Shown piece by piece: positions 49,132 through 62,616 of a stretch of DNA of 64,000 bases. The notes under the pieces are model-generated. The model did no database searches. It was not told the DNA's origin and was given only the letters and a program-made list of their open reading frames with translations. A program made the translations under genes and the position numbers. Each line of letters begins with the position of its first letter. Position 1 is the first letter of the stretch. Origin of the DNA: Oopsacas minuta (Eukaryota > Animalia > Porifera); assembly GCA_024704765.1 (NCBI GenBank), contig JAKMXF010000011.1, positions 355,557 to 419,556 of the forward strand. The letters run 5' to 3'.

Positions 49132-51216
49132 TCTATTTACCGGATGCTGTGAACTGTAGTGCATTCGAGGGATCTTTTTCTAAGCTACACTTTATGTAGT
49201 ATTTATCAAAGTGTAGAAAACTATGTACATTTTAAAAGATACTAATAGTTAATTGGTGATTGCGAGTCACAACGTCTACACCCTAAATGTCTACAAACCG
49301 AAATATCTAAAAAGGCACGGATATAATTCCTCGACAAAAAATACGATTCCACAATAAAACTAATTTGATAAAAGTCATTCCACAACCGCCAATAACGCTA
49401 TAAAATACTCCTCGCAACTCCACTGCACCGGCTGGCAAAGAAGTCCGAACAACAGTCCGTGCCAAGATAGAGAATAATGCCAACAAAATTCCAAAGGACG
49501 ACCGCCATAATGTAGTAAAACACATAGATACAATAATTCACGCTAGTTCTTTCACTATTTCGATAAAAATCCTTCGAGGAATTGCATACCATTAAAAGAT
49601 TGGGTTGTAGACGTTTGGCATGTAGACATTTAGATTTATCGATGTTTTTACCTTCACTCTAATTAGTAAATTGATATTAGCGTGATTTTACCTTATAATA
49701 TGGCTCATAGGCGCAACTAGTCTCCTGAGTTTGGGTGGGCAAAGATGACATCACGCCCACCCGCCCTATACGTTTTGTTTTATCGTGGGCAGGGGGGTTC
49801 GATATTAAGTGAGAATCACCCCTGCTGAGTTTGTGGGAAATCTAGTTGGCGCTCAACACTCAGCCAGTTATTACCAGAAGTAGCTGTTTTCAGCATTTAA
49901 TTTTTGAAGGACCAGGCCCAGATATCTTATTGCATCTCAATTAATTGAATTAAATAATATTTATTTATACTGATTATATAATACTTGAGTACAATATATT
50001 TCGGCTAAGACATACACTCGGTTAATTCGTACTTCGTATATCAATCCAAAAATTTAATTCCCTTCATTTAATACAATATCTACTGTGATAAAATGTACTA
50101 ATTTTTGTTCCCTAGGGGCTACATCAGGCTTGTTATCATAGGTCTCGTGAGTAAACAAAATAGATGCTTAGTAGTAGATGTCTCATGACTTCTTACTTGG
50201 CTTGTCATCTTTAATCGGGAATTCTTATCCCGATTACCTAATATTTTGAATATTATTATAGTTCATATTCTGGACTTCTATCCAGATAAACCTAATATAG
50301 CGATGAATGATTGCTAATTTGGATTTTAATCACATTTAAGCGATTCTAGTTATAGTGTCAAAAGTTTTTAATGAAATCGAGATATAAATTCAGAATCATT
50401 TGTAAAATGGTTTGGTTTCTAACAAGGAATTTACATAGCATATGCAGCCTTAAGTTTTATGTGCATTCTACAACGACTCACCTTTACTAGACCCTATAGC
50501 CATGATTGAGTAGTGGTGATTAAGATATATCTGGTTATGAGACCACGAAAAAGTAATTTTGAATACTACAAATAATTATGAGCGGTTGATCGGGACAAAA
50601 CATTAATTTCAATTAGGAATAAGACCTGAAATGATCATTGTAAGAATAAGTCGTAAAATACTTCTGAACTCCTATCCAAATCATATACTGAAATGCTCAT
50701 ATTCTCCGCTAAGGCCAAACTAGGCACATTGTCCAAGAAAATGTCCATTCCATAGCATCCTTAGCGAGTTATAAAGACTCTCAGCAAACACGTAGGGACG
50801 TCAAGGAAAGTTCTAGCCAACTCCCAAGCTCCTGATCCACGGTAATGTCATGAAAAGTCATCAAAAATTCAAAAGAGACAAAATATGAGATATCACGTAG
50901 TATGTAAATATATCTATTTCATGGATATTAGATTTAGGTCTTATTCCTACTTCCACTTTAGGTCTTGAGATAATTACCAATGCACTATATATATATATCA
51001 TTATAATCGAATATAACAAATATTCAATACATACATTAGGGATTCGACACAATTATATGTTTAGAAAATATAATGTAGACCATAAAAACAACAATACGCT
51101 GTATGCATGCATATAAATTGAATGAAGACTCTAAATAAAGTAGAACCTCTATATTTAGGGGAGGTCGCGACTGCTGTTCTCCTGATAACTCCCCATTTAT
51201 ATTTCTAATGTAAATA

Positions 51217-51384
51217 CAGTGAAACCTCGTTATTACGAATTTCCGGTTATGACGAAGATAATTTTACACAATTTTAGCCTGTACAATGGATATTCAATTG
51301 TTTTTACTCCAATTAATACGTAGTCCGCATAAGGAGTACAAATCTCGACGGTTCCTTGGTGTACGTATTAACGAGGTTCTACTG
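51217..51384. mobile_element. pogo/Tigger-type MITE
   Basis: TA|CAGTGAAACCTCGTTATTACG ... CGTATTAACGAGGTTCTACTG|TA. Confidence 0.75.
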
Positions 51385-51560
51385 TATCTTGAACCAAAGT
51401 AGTTTTTAGTCAAATTGCACAGCCACTTCCTCCAACAATTTTTTAAAATGATAATTGATTATTATTATATGCCTTAATGTTGTGTTTGAATATATAAATT
51501 TATAAGTAATTTTTTCTGAGAAAACCCAAAAAATATTCCAATTCATCATAACGATAAATA

Positions 51561-51739
51561 CAGTGGAAACCGCATATTAACAATTCTTCTCTAATAGCAA
51601 GTCTACCTCCTATTAGCAATTCTTTCCACCGACAAATAGTGTAGTTTTGTATTGTAATTAGTGTTCATAATAGCAAAATATGCGTATTAGCAAGGAAAAT
51701 TCCTGCTAAATACGATTTGCTAATTGGCAGTTTCCACTG
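51561..51739. mobile_element. pogo/Tigger-type MITE
   Basis: TA|CAGTGGAAACCGC ... GCAGTTTCCACTG|TA. Confidence 0.7.
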
Positions 51740-54475
51740 TATGTACTTATTCCAAATTTCACACAAAAATTGATTATTCAACAAAATTTATCGTAGAATT
51801 ACTTTCTTGTAGAGTTGAATTTCAATGGTGTGGGGCATAATTATCTCTGAAGTATGCTCCATTCTCGCTTCGCTTATATAGGTTCGTTTCTATGGAAATG
51901 AAAAAGGTGAACAATAATTGCCCCGCTTCATAGAGGTGCCCCATTTATAGATGCCCAACTTTTAAAGGCTGCACTGTAGTACGATAATATTCTTTCTAAA
52001 TAGATTTGACAGGCTAACTATGTATGTTTAAACGAAAATATTACGATACATATTCGTAACTTGTAAAATTCGGAAATGGCAACTTCTAGTAAAAGGGAAT
52101 GTCAACAATATTTTGTTGATAATTTGTTTTTGGTTTTATCGCCTCCCAATCCAATGTCAACTTCTTATGTACCTGATGTGCGAATTATTTTTCCAATGAA
52201 GTATTAAGCCATCTCGACTGAAAGAACATCTTTCAACCAAGTACAGTGATTATAGTCTGAATTAGAATAATACAAGTTGGGCGCTGGAAAATTAAATTAG
52301 CTCTAAACAGGACGCTGATTATAAATAGGTGAGAATCACTATTACAGACGATGTATTTTTAGATCACCGGCACAATTAATGTATCGTTATATCCGATGTC
52401 ATTTGGGAATTTCTTAGTACCCAAGGTACGAAGTGTCGAGATTACTAACCAAAAGCCACGTAGTAGGTCCAGTGTCACCACAGAGGGCCATTAAATGTAA
52501 TTTAGATAAAACATGGATAATAAAATATACATGATTAATAAAATCTTTCTGCTATTTTATACATTCGAGGCACTAAGTAGGGGCATTGAACCTCGTAAAT
52601 ACGAGAATGGTTAAGGTCCCCCTGCCACTGGCGGCAATATTTAACATATTTACTGATCCCTCATCATCTGTATTAATAGAAATTGATACTTATTGGTGCG
52701 GCCAGTCCAGGGTTGCCATGGGGATGGGAAATGATTTCCTTACGATGGGTTTCCTCATGTGGGAATTCCAATGGGAATCCTGTTGGAAACTAGGAAACCC
52801 ACGCGAGTCCCATATTATAATTCTCACATGGAATCCTGTTGGAATGGTATGGGAATGGAATCAAAAATTTCATCCCCACGGCACGCTGGCAGAACGCAGC
52901 ACCTGACCTACCGACCCCCACGGACCTGTAGTTTATTATATAGTTTGATGTACACAGAAACAGATTATTTTCATCATATATTGGTAGAAACAATTTGATG
53001 AGGTATACAAAATGTGTGGAACGAATAGATAAGTGTATAATTGCAGGAATCTAAAATTAAACGCGCGAGCGTAGAGAGCGCGAGAAATTTTCTGGCGTCT
53101 AGGGGAAATTGTGCTCCCTCCATGGATGGATGTAGTAAAGGTTGGCAAGTATGAATATCCTTCAAACCCCGACTCCGGGAAAATGGCTCCAAACCCCTAG
53201 TTCTGGCAACCCTAAATACTATACAAATAATTCGATGTGTAGGAATTATATAATTTGCAGCCATAACCTTAGAGGTAAGGAAACTATCATGAATGTTAAG
53301 TTTCCCTGGTTTTCGTAATAGAGTTAGGTAAACTGTCATACAAAAGGACAATTGGTGGATTTGCAGACTAATATCGCTCAGATCCCTGCATAAAACTACT
53401 ACAGGTTGGGAACCTATTGTTACGTTATATACTGCCCTGTTGATTGGAATTTTATTAGCTACCCTGGGGCTCATGATTATTCCGCCCGGGTGACAATAAT
53501 TTATCCCAGCGGCTTGGTTACCAGAATTCACTCAGGTTTGCAAGTATGCTATTGGCCCTGTTAGAAACTAAATTCTATAATTTTCATGTTTCAGCATTTT
53601 TGGGTCAAATTTTAAGCCCCATGATTTGTCTTGACCCCTCCCCCCAGTTTCAAAATCTTAGATACGCGACTACAGCTATTTCCCTAGTTGTTGTTTGGTG
53701 TATTTTGAATCTATAGTGGCATGAGAAGAAGAATCTTTTTCGAATTCGAATTCGTTAATTCGAATACGTTAACTGTTGTATTTATGCATTTACTTAAACG
53801 GTATTAGGATTGAGGCGAAGACTTTTCCCTTAGATTAGTGCCAGGCTTGCCGTAATAGTCAGGGTAGTTAGCTCAGAAACCATGACAAGTCGGGTAAAAG
53901 CTGCAAATTTGGTACAAGGTTGCACTAGGTGTGCTTGAACCTTTCAGAAGGGAAGCCACCTCATCGAAGTCCATAGGTGTAATGCACGTAACTCATACAG
54001 TTTGAATCGAAAAATTCGATGTATATTCGTAATTGGTTAATGATTTCACGTCTTTCGAGTGGTTACTCGAATATGCTCGGAAATTTCTATGGCAACGGCA
54101 TTGTCTCAAGATGTGGCACCATTCCATTCTCAAAATTTGTACTAACCCTATCGAGTGACCTTTTGTTCGACCCTGCTAGGGCTAGCTGAGTCTAGTTATG
54201 CACATATTGACCTTATATATGATCTAATACACAAATTTTACAAGATCGACTGCCAAGGTCCCTGAATTTTCTCAATATTCCATACATATTTAAAATGTAT
54301 TCACGAAGTTATCGTCTGTTTTGTTAATTGATTGTCTCATTTGCTACTCAATTGAGGGAATGGAAAAGAACATTTGCAGGGGTTAATTCTTATTCACGAA
54401 TAAAGTAAGAACATACAGTGAAACCAAATATAAATTCCTGCTTGAAATAAATCTTCTTTGGAATTTACCGTCATA

Positions 54476-54638
54476 CAGTGGAGCATGCATAAACCGACAC
54501 TCGTTGGGATATGAAAATTCTGTCAGGAGCTAATTGTCAGATTAAGCAGGTGAATTTGTATTGTCAGAAACTATTTCAGATCAGAAATACTGTCGGATTA
54601 TAGAGTTATACAAGTGTCGGTTTATGAAGGTTCCACTG
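54476..54638. mobile_element. pogo/Tigger-type MITE
   Basis: TA|CAGTGGAGCATGCATAAACCGACAC ... GTGTCGGTTTATGAAGGTTCCACTG|TA. Confidence 0.75.
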
Positions 54639-55124
54639 TATAAGCATTGTATGTTTGGTGTAGTTTTAAGCTATTATGTCAATAACACAAAATCCTCTAC
54701 GTATAAACACTTCGGGTTCTAGCCAGGTTCGGGTTGAGATCCGGGTTTCGAATCGGGGTCGGGTGGGTATGACACAACTCCTACTCTGCTGTATCTTAAC
54801 TACATCATAAGATTTTTTGAAGAGCTCATTTATATGGGGATCAACGATATTCAATACAGTAGGAAGTCGGTTGATTGCCCCTAACGGATACGTGTGATAG
54901 TTGGAGTCAATCAACTGATTTCCTACTGTATAGAATCTCATTCATGCCCATGCAAACTATTTTCCTTTCAAGAGTATATCAAAAGATATAGGTAAGATAC
55001 AATTTAATAATTTTTCGACATTTTAGCATACTATTTAGGTTAGTTCACGAGGCCTAAACAATAAAATAGATGAATCAATTTATAGCTACCTATTATTAAC
55101 TAAAGTAACGATAACACGGATTCA

Positions 55125-55815
55125 TCTATACTAATACAACGCGACTAACATGTATGTATGTGAGTATGTATGTATGTATGTATGTATGTATGTATGTATG
55201 TATGTATGTATGTATGTATGTATGTATGTATGTATGTATGTATGTATGTATGTATGTATGTATGTATGTATGTATGTATGGTATGTATGTATGTATGTAT
55301 GTATGTATGTATGTATGTATGTATGTATGTATGTATGTATGTATGTATGTATGTATGTATGTATGTATGTATGTATGTATGGTATGTATGTATGGTATGT
55401 ATGTATGTATGTATGGTATGTATGTATGGTATGTATGTATGTATGTATGTATGTATGTATGTATGTATGTATGTATGTATGTATGTATGTATGTTAGTAT
55501 GCCCAGAATTGATTGAAGAAACTTGAAAGCCCCCAGGGCTGATTTTGGGCATACGAAGATATTTGGGGTTGCACAAGTCCGAGTCTTGGAACAAAATTCC
55601 CTGTACAAAAATACCAATTTTACAAAATTCAAAAATTTTGAGAATTTCTTAATACCCGAAGTACGAATTGCCGATATTACAACTAAAAGCACGTAGTATC
55701 TCCAGTGCCACAACAGAAGGCCATTAAATGCAATTTGGGTGGGCCATGGATAATTAAATCTCAAAATTTCTGCTAATATGTACACTTGAGGCACGAAGTG
55801 CCGGGTATATCCCGT
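55125..55815 (+). mobile_element. Non-autonomous Helitron carrying an expanded (ATGT)n microsatellite
   Basis: 5' A|TCTATACTAATA, then the microsatellite, and a 3' hairpin GGCAC-GAA-GTGCC at 55790-55802. Terminal CTRR is degenerate. The body (55650-55800) is also seen at about 52420-52580 and 61730-61860. Confidence 0.65.
55150..55494. repeat. (ATGT)n microsatellite, about 345 bp, with ATGGT interruptions
   Basis: Directly visible tandem repeat. Confidence 0.99.
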
Positions 55816-56000
55816 AACGTAACCCCCCATTACACTAAGAAATTTGAGAGTTTAACACTTAAGCTTACCTGAGGTACTACGCTGTCGCTACCTAGCAAGC
55901 TAAAAAAATGGAGGAAAAATAAAGTAGCATCTAAACCGTTTGCAAAAAATATCCTCACGTCTGTTTTTCGCCCAGAATGGAATCCCTGAACCATTTAGAG

Positions 56001-56184
56001 CAAGGTTTCATCTAGGCGTTTGCGACGCACCTACAGGCGCATGAATTTCAGCCAATATTGATCTAAGCGTGTCAAAATTCGGGCAAGACCCCCATACAGC
56101 AATACTAAATGTATACTCTAGGCGCGCGTAAAATGAGGAGGAACATTTTAGGCGTATGAGTCAGAAAAGCTGGATGAAACCCTG
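56001..56184. mobile_element. Approximately 183-bp hAT MITE, copy 2
   Basis: CAAGGTTTCATC / GATGAAACCCTG with perfect 8-bp TSD ATTTAGAG. Confidence 0.85.
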
Positions 56185-57512
56185 ATTTAGAGGGTTGATA
56201 TGCGCAAAAATAGACTCAGCTAGTCTAGTGGTATTGAACAAGGGGTCACTCGTTACGGTTGGGACAAATTTTGAGAGTGGAATATGCCACATTCCTGAGA
56301 CTTCCTATGTTGGTAGGGAAAAACTAATCCTGAACATATCCAAGTTACCTCTCAAACAAGTGAGTTCTCACTAATTACGAATATCGACACCAAACTATTA
56401 GATTCAAACTGGATGAGTTATATGCATTTAAAACCCTAATTGTGTCCAAAGTGGCATATAAATGGAGTGTGCATCACACCCTTGAACTTCGATGAAATGG
56501 CTCCCCTTCTTCAAAGTTTAAGTACACCCTAGTGACACTAGCCTTAGGTACCAAATTTGATACTTTATCCTACTTGTCTCGATAATTTCCAATTCGATGC
56601 TAACAGCCCTGACTATAAGGGAGTAATTTCATTATTATGATCGTTGAAATAAAATGCAAATAACATACTTTCTAACTGTTCCGTTTTTGGAGGGCGCCCG
56701 CTTTTTCCGACATGTATTGAGGACAAATGAGGCTAATTTCCTGCCAAAACTATCCAAAAATCTTAAGTATCCCGTTTTTTGTAGTCCAGTCTAATATAAA
56801 TATGCTACGTCCCGATAAATGAGTACCTTCTGTGCCGCTTTGTTCTACACTCAGGTTGGAAAGTATGAAATAACACCCGTTGAATTTCACAATTCAATAA
56901 TTCTTACTCTGCGCTGCACCCATAGGCGCCGAACCTTGCAGGAATCTTCCTAAATCTGGCGGGCAACATTTTTTGGGTCAAATTTATCGCTAATATTCTT
57001 AATAATATCACAAGGTCTCAGATTCTGAGGTTGCTTTGCCATATTTGGATCGAGGTAGTAAAGTGCTCAAAATACTGAAAAGAATGTGGGTATGAAAAAG
57101 TAATATTAATTGTTGGCGTGGATTAGCGTCAACTAGCATTACAAATTTTGGTTTGCTGTGGGGACTAGTGGGGTAGCTAGCAAACCCAATAATACCTAAA
57201 AATTCTATAATATCCAGTACTCTAGGGGCTGCAGCGGTCCGGGAATTTCATGGACTGGACTGGTCCGTCATTGTTTCTTGATCTGGACCGATGTCATAAA
57301 CCTGGCCAATTCATGTTCAGGCACCCTAAGCTCTTTGGCAAGTTTTGGCGGAACATTAGCCTTAACACATGTCCGCAAAAGCTGGGCATTTGTATATTGG
57401 CTCAGCATTAAATGGTTGGGTATCTATAAAGTTCATATTTTATTATTTATTAAATAGTTATATAACCGAGGTGCTTCGCTTGCTCGCTGCGCGGCTTGCG
57501 AACATTTTATGT

Positions 57513-58074
57513 TCTAAAGGTACTCGGAACTTCGTGCCTCGAATTTAACAAGGATAAAATTGCAAAATTTAATTAATAAAATAATATTTCAACAAATTTT
57601 TACTTGGTATTCATAAAAACAACGAAGAATTTACATAAGTGAAACTAGAAATGTGAAATTCGGATTCAGCATACTTGAATACCTTATATGTCTGTTGATA
57701 GCGAGTTTCTAGGTATATTCCGAGATTTCACTTTATATTCATAAAACAACAAATAAGTTTACATGAGAAACTTAAAAACGCGAAATTCGGATTCAGTACT
57801 GTGTTACCCCTGTCCGGCCGTTTAGAACAAGCATGTAAGTAAATTTTGAGATTTGGAGAATTTGTTTACTCTATATTCATAAAACCAACAATAAATTTAC
57901 ATATGATTATTCCAAAAGTGTGAAAATCGGATTCAGCATGTTCAATATATTTAGTCACGTTTTTGAATTTATATACTTCCTTGATAAACACGATAAATAT
58001 ATAGTTATGCGGCAATTTCAAAATTGCATACCGTAAATCCTTTCCTTGACAATGGATAAATAAACAGAGATAGA
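57513..58074 (-). mobile_element. Non-autonomous Helitron-like element (homolog of 59194-59670)
   Basis: Minus strand begins TCTATCTCTGTTTATTT, shares TTGTCAAGGAAAGGATT..GCTGAATCCGA subrepeats with the 59.2-kb copy, and ends with the GAGGCACGAAGTTCCGAGTA hairpin motif shared with 55790. Confidence 0.6.
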
Positions 58075-59193
58075 TAGCCATTAACCAACAATTTCAGGCT
58101 TAAGTATATACCATTCTAAACAATCCAGTCAGAGTCGCTTATCGTAACCACTATGGACAAAAAACGTTTTTCATAATAAAGAGAATTCATATTAAGCGCA
58201 ATTATTTGATAGAAATTATAGATTTCAAAACTCACTATAATTAATTTAATGAAATTTGGTCGGCACAGGGGGTGATTTGAGATTTTTCTGCTATTCTAGC
58301 TTCGGATTATTTCCTTATGTGCATCGTTTGTCCGATCGAGGATTATGAATAGTTCCAAACCGATGGACCGGTCCAGATCGTTAGCTCCCTAATTGGACCG
58401 GACCGACCTGAAACCGGTAGTTCCGGGCCACTGCATTTCTGGGTTACCAGCAACCTCTCCTAGCTATTCCTATATTGCCAAACTGGGTTCCATCTAGCGA
58501 TAATTATGTAACCTGCGCACCCTAAGTGTGTATAGATTAAATTCCGCACCTGCAGCACCATCATAACAATATCCCAGAAAATGATGACGCAGGATTTTAA
58601 ACCACAAATATGTCTCAAGATCCATGGTCCAATTTGTTTGAGAGTAAATTAGGCTTTTGATAACATGAGTGGACACCTTCTGTACCAATATCAAATCTGT
58701 ACTGATCATACAGCCTAGAAAAACCAAAAGAAAGAAATACTGCGTCATTGCCACCTCAGAGTGGTGAAAATACTATCACTTTGTAGAGCAGCGGTCGGAA
58801 ACTTGGTTGCTCTGTGGACCACCATGCCTACTTAAAATATGGCTATATTTGTCACCTAGAAGGCCATAGATCGAAGAGGCTAATTTGTAATTCTCGTTCT
58901 TGGGTAAATTATATTTACTTAATCATATGTTTGTTTAATGGAATTCCCAAGTTTGCAATTCGCATTTTGCTTCTACACATGAAAAACGCATATTTCTTGC
59001 TCACTCTACTCATTCATATTATATATCATATTCTACAAGTGTTCTAAAGATTTTTCCATTTTGATGATAGGAATTTATACCTCAAATTCTATATTTAGTG
59101 TACTTGTCACGTCATGATTAAATATCGCCTAAACCGGTCAACCACAATTGTGGAAACCATCAAAATGGTTCCGTTGGATTCGCCATACCATAA

Positions 59194-59725
59194 TCTATAT
59201 TATTAAATCTCAATGATTGTCTGTCTGTCTGTTTGTCTGTTTGTCTGTTTGTTTGTCTGTTGTCAAGGAAAGGATTATGGTATGCAATTTTGAAATTGTC
59301 GCACAACTATGTATTTATCATGTTTATCAAGGACGTAAATAGAATTCAATCAAACTTCACTAAATATATCGAACATGCTGAATCCAATTTTCACACTTTT
59401 GGATTAATGATCTGTAAATGTATTGTTGTTTTTATGAATATAAAGTAAACATATTAGCCAAAACTCAAAATATACGTACAGGCTTGCTCTAAACGGCTAC
59501 CCAGGTGTAACTTAGTACGCTGAATCCGAATTTCAAATTTCCAAGTTTTTCATATGTAAATTTATGGTCGTCTTTATGAATATAAAGTAAACAAATTTAA
59601 AACTTGAGGTAGAATCATACTTTCAACGACTATCCTGGGTTACTCGAGTATGCTGAGTCTGAATATTGTAAACAACATCAATATTATTAAATCTCAATTG
59701 TTGTTTGTCTGTTTGTTTGTCAGTT
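59194..59725 (+). mobile_element. Non-autonomous Helitron-like element(s) with (GTCT/GTTT)n tract; a second 5' end restarts at 59678
   Basis: A|TCTATATTATTAAATCTCAAT plus GTCT/GTTT repeats, and internal approximately 100-bp subrepeats. Confidence 0.6.
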
Positions 59726-59789
59726 GAATACCTCGAGGTGCAATGTGCCGAGTCCATTGCGAAGCGACGAACCAAAGTCTCGTATATAT

Positions 59790-61550
59790 TGTTGCAGCAC
59801 ATTACCGGAAATTTGGATGGACAGAAACTAAGCGAAAAAACTTTCTAGTTAGAATCAAGAAGGCGGTTTATATTAGAACTTTTTATATTTTGTTCATGTT
59901 TGAAAAAGCTTGCTCACAAACGTACGTCGTGCTGATCATTGACATAATTCTGTTTACCAGTTTTTTAATGTTAGGGTAACATTCGCTATGAACTCTTTTC
60001 CATTGTACAGAATCGCTATAGCTGTTATGTAAATCATTCTTGGGACAAACTTTCCTCAAATCCTCGTCACAATGAATGGTTAGTAATTCAATTTTGGCAG
60101 CAACATTGTCAAGTTGGGCATCCAAATCGGAGAGGTATTCAATTTCAAATTCAAATGGATTGCACAATAATTTTACTTGCTTTTCATTTTTCGAAATTCT
60201 GAAAAATGAATGTTTTCGAATTGTTCAATAATATACCCTATATTCTTTGCAAATTCAGGCACCTTGCAGCAGCAACTTCTTCATATTCTGTTGTAATTTT
60301 CAGGTTGGGAAAGTGAGTAACATTACACTTTTCCAAATGATCTTTGGATAGTTTTAACTTAAATTAATTTGAATCATTAGATCACAAACCAGGAGCCCAT
60401 TTCCTTGAAGTTGTAAATTCAATGAGTTGGATTATGCTGTAATAACAGTGAGATATCCAAATTTATATTTGAAGGTATTCAATAGGTGCATCAGAGGAAA
60501 ATATTTATTTTTGCTCTCTAAGTTTACCAGGATCTGTGGTAGGCAAGCACTGAATCTCTCCAGGATCCGTCCACGTGAGAGCCATTTAACCTCTGAATGT
60601 AACAGCAGACTACCTTACTCTGAATTCACTTCATCCATCAAGTCACGAAATTCTATCCTGTTCAAAGCTCCTGTACGAATGAAATTGATAACTCTGATAA
60701 TCGTCAACATTACATCCTCAATATTGGATACTTTGTACAGCGCTTCCTGATGAATAATACAATGATAAGCAACAAAATTTAGGTATAATCCACTTTGACG
60801 TAGTAATGGAACTAATCTCTTAAGCAACCAACCATAGATGTTGCCCCATTAGCAGCAATGTAAGATATTTTGTCAAAGGTAATATTCTTCCCTTGGAGAC
60901 AATTTTCTCGAGTTCTCGTGAAATTTCTGCAGTGGTAGTTGTTGGCAATGATATAAGTTGCAACATCCCTTCATGAATCACTGAATCAACTGTTATCAAT
61001 CGAACGAACGCGCATAGTTGAACTGAGGCAGGGGCATCTCTTGACTCAATTGCGATACTAACAAACTAAGCCAGCTGACAAGTCATTGTAAAGTTGTTCT
61101 TTCACTCGCTAGGTTCTCTATGCGCCTGGTTACAGAACGTACAGATAGTTGAATTAATTTAAATTTGTTTTGTATACCAGTACCTTCAGGAGCAGGAAAC
61201 AGGTACTCAACAGCCAAACACATACAATGTTTAACAAATTCTCCATCAGTGAAAGGTTTCATAAGACGAGCAACTGCATTTGAGGCATAGGTTTCAGCCT
61301 CTGCTAGTTTAATTCTTTTTATTTTGTTGGGATTTAAGATCTTTTGTAGGTGTTCAAACTTCTGAGAACTAGCATGTGAGTCAAGAGGATACTTTTCCTT
61401 AAAGCCTTTATGCTTTGCTGTAAAATGCTTTCCAAATTTCTGACATTGTTTCTGATACTGTCTCATTCCAGATTATACAGATCGATTCGCTATTCTGACC
61501 TTCGATAAACATAAAACGTAATTCCCACTGATTGTGCGGTATTTGTGCCA
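59790..61550 (-). pseudogene. Second Charlie/GTF2IRD2-like hAT transposase, heavily decayed
   Basis: Fragments: NQWELRFMF..CII, LMKPFTDGEFVKHC, LSVRSVTRRIENL, YHCIIHQEAL, RVINFIR..LNRIEF, KWLSRG, STTYVCEQAFSNMNKI. TIRs not found. Confidence 0.85.
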
Positions 61551-62616
61551 TTATCGTTTAACAACTGCTCTGCCAATAACCAATATGCATGATAGAAGTT
61601 TGAAATTTGAATCACAGGTACTCCTCAATGTAATAAATGTCCTGAAGTCATGATTCTGACCAAAAGCTAACTAATCATGGGATTATTACGTCATCATGAC
61701 TGTACAATAAATTTATGAATTTCTTAACACCCCAGGCATGAAGTTCCAAGATTACTAACCAGAAGCGACATAGCATCTCCAGTGTGATAACAGAAGGCTA
61801 TTCAGGGTAATTTGGCTGGGCCATGGATAATCTAATCTTAAAATCTTAACTATTCTGTGAATTAACGTGAATCCGAGTATATTCTGTCGCGTAGCGACCA
61901 ATAAGTACTTTAGCTGTTTAATAATTAAGCTAACCTGGGTTACTAAGCTGTCGCGCAGCGACCTAGTAAGCGAAGCGCGGTAGTAAGTATTAAACGTAAT
62001 GCGTTTTCGTTAATAGACGTATTACACAACTTAGATATATCATTTACTACTGTATTGCACAGATGATTTTTCACCTTAATACGAACACCAAGCAACAAAA
62101 TTACAAAACGATTTGACTCAAACATTAAAACAAATCATTTCCCATTTAAATTGCATCAAATCCACATCTCTGCAAGGAGTTCCCCAGGACATGTGGCACT
62201 AAGGTCAATAGTCCCCTCTTTGGGTCAGATGTCCCACTAGGGCAAGGCGTCCCTGTACCAGTTGGATTTTCCCAAAAACAACCTAGATATTATATAATTT
62301 TATAATGATAAATAATAATAACATACTAATAACAATAATTAATCGCATTACTTTCTAAAGTTCCTTTCTATAGTACTGTTGCGTGAGATTTTAACCTCAT
62401 TAGTATTATTGGACCAGGGACAGTCTTTCACCGTGAGATTTTAACTCATCTATATTAAACGACTGTCAATTTTGCGGGATATTCGACCAGATCATTTCAA
62501 TCACTAATTTGTCCTACTTGTACTCATCAGATTTACCCGAAATTAATATCATTTGGTGGAGGAGTGTTGGACGTTTTATAAAATATAATTTTCTTAAATA
62601 TTGTAACTTTTACCTA

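Noticed and set aside
55126-55830. Five long ORFs of MYVC/HTYI repeats
   Set aside because: They are artefacts of the stop-free (ATGT)n microsatellite. The array has no spacers, so it is not CRISPR either.
58494-58754. Minus-strand ORF with GYCYDGAAG resembling the hAT YDGA motif
   Set aside because: A single short motif with no other hAT features or TIRs. Too weak to list as a feature.
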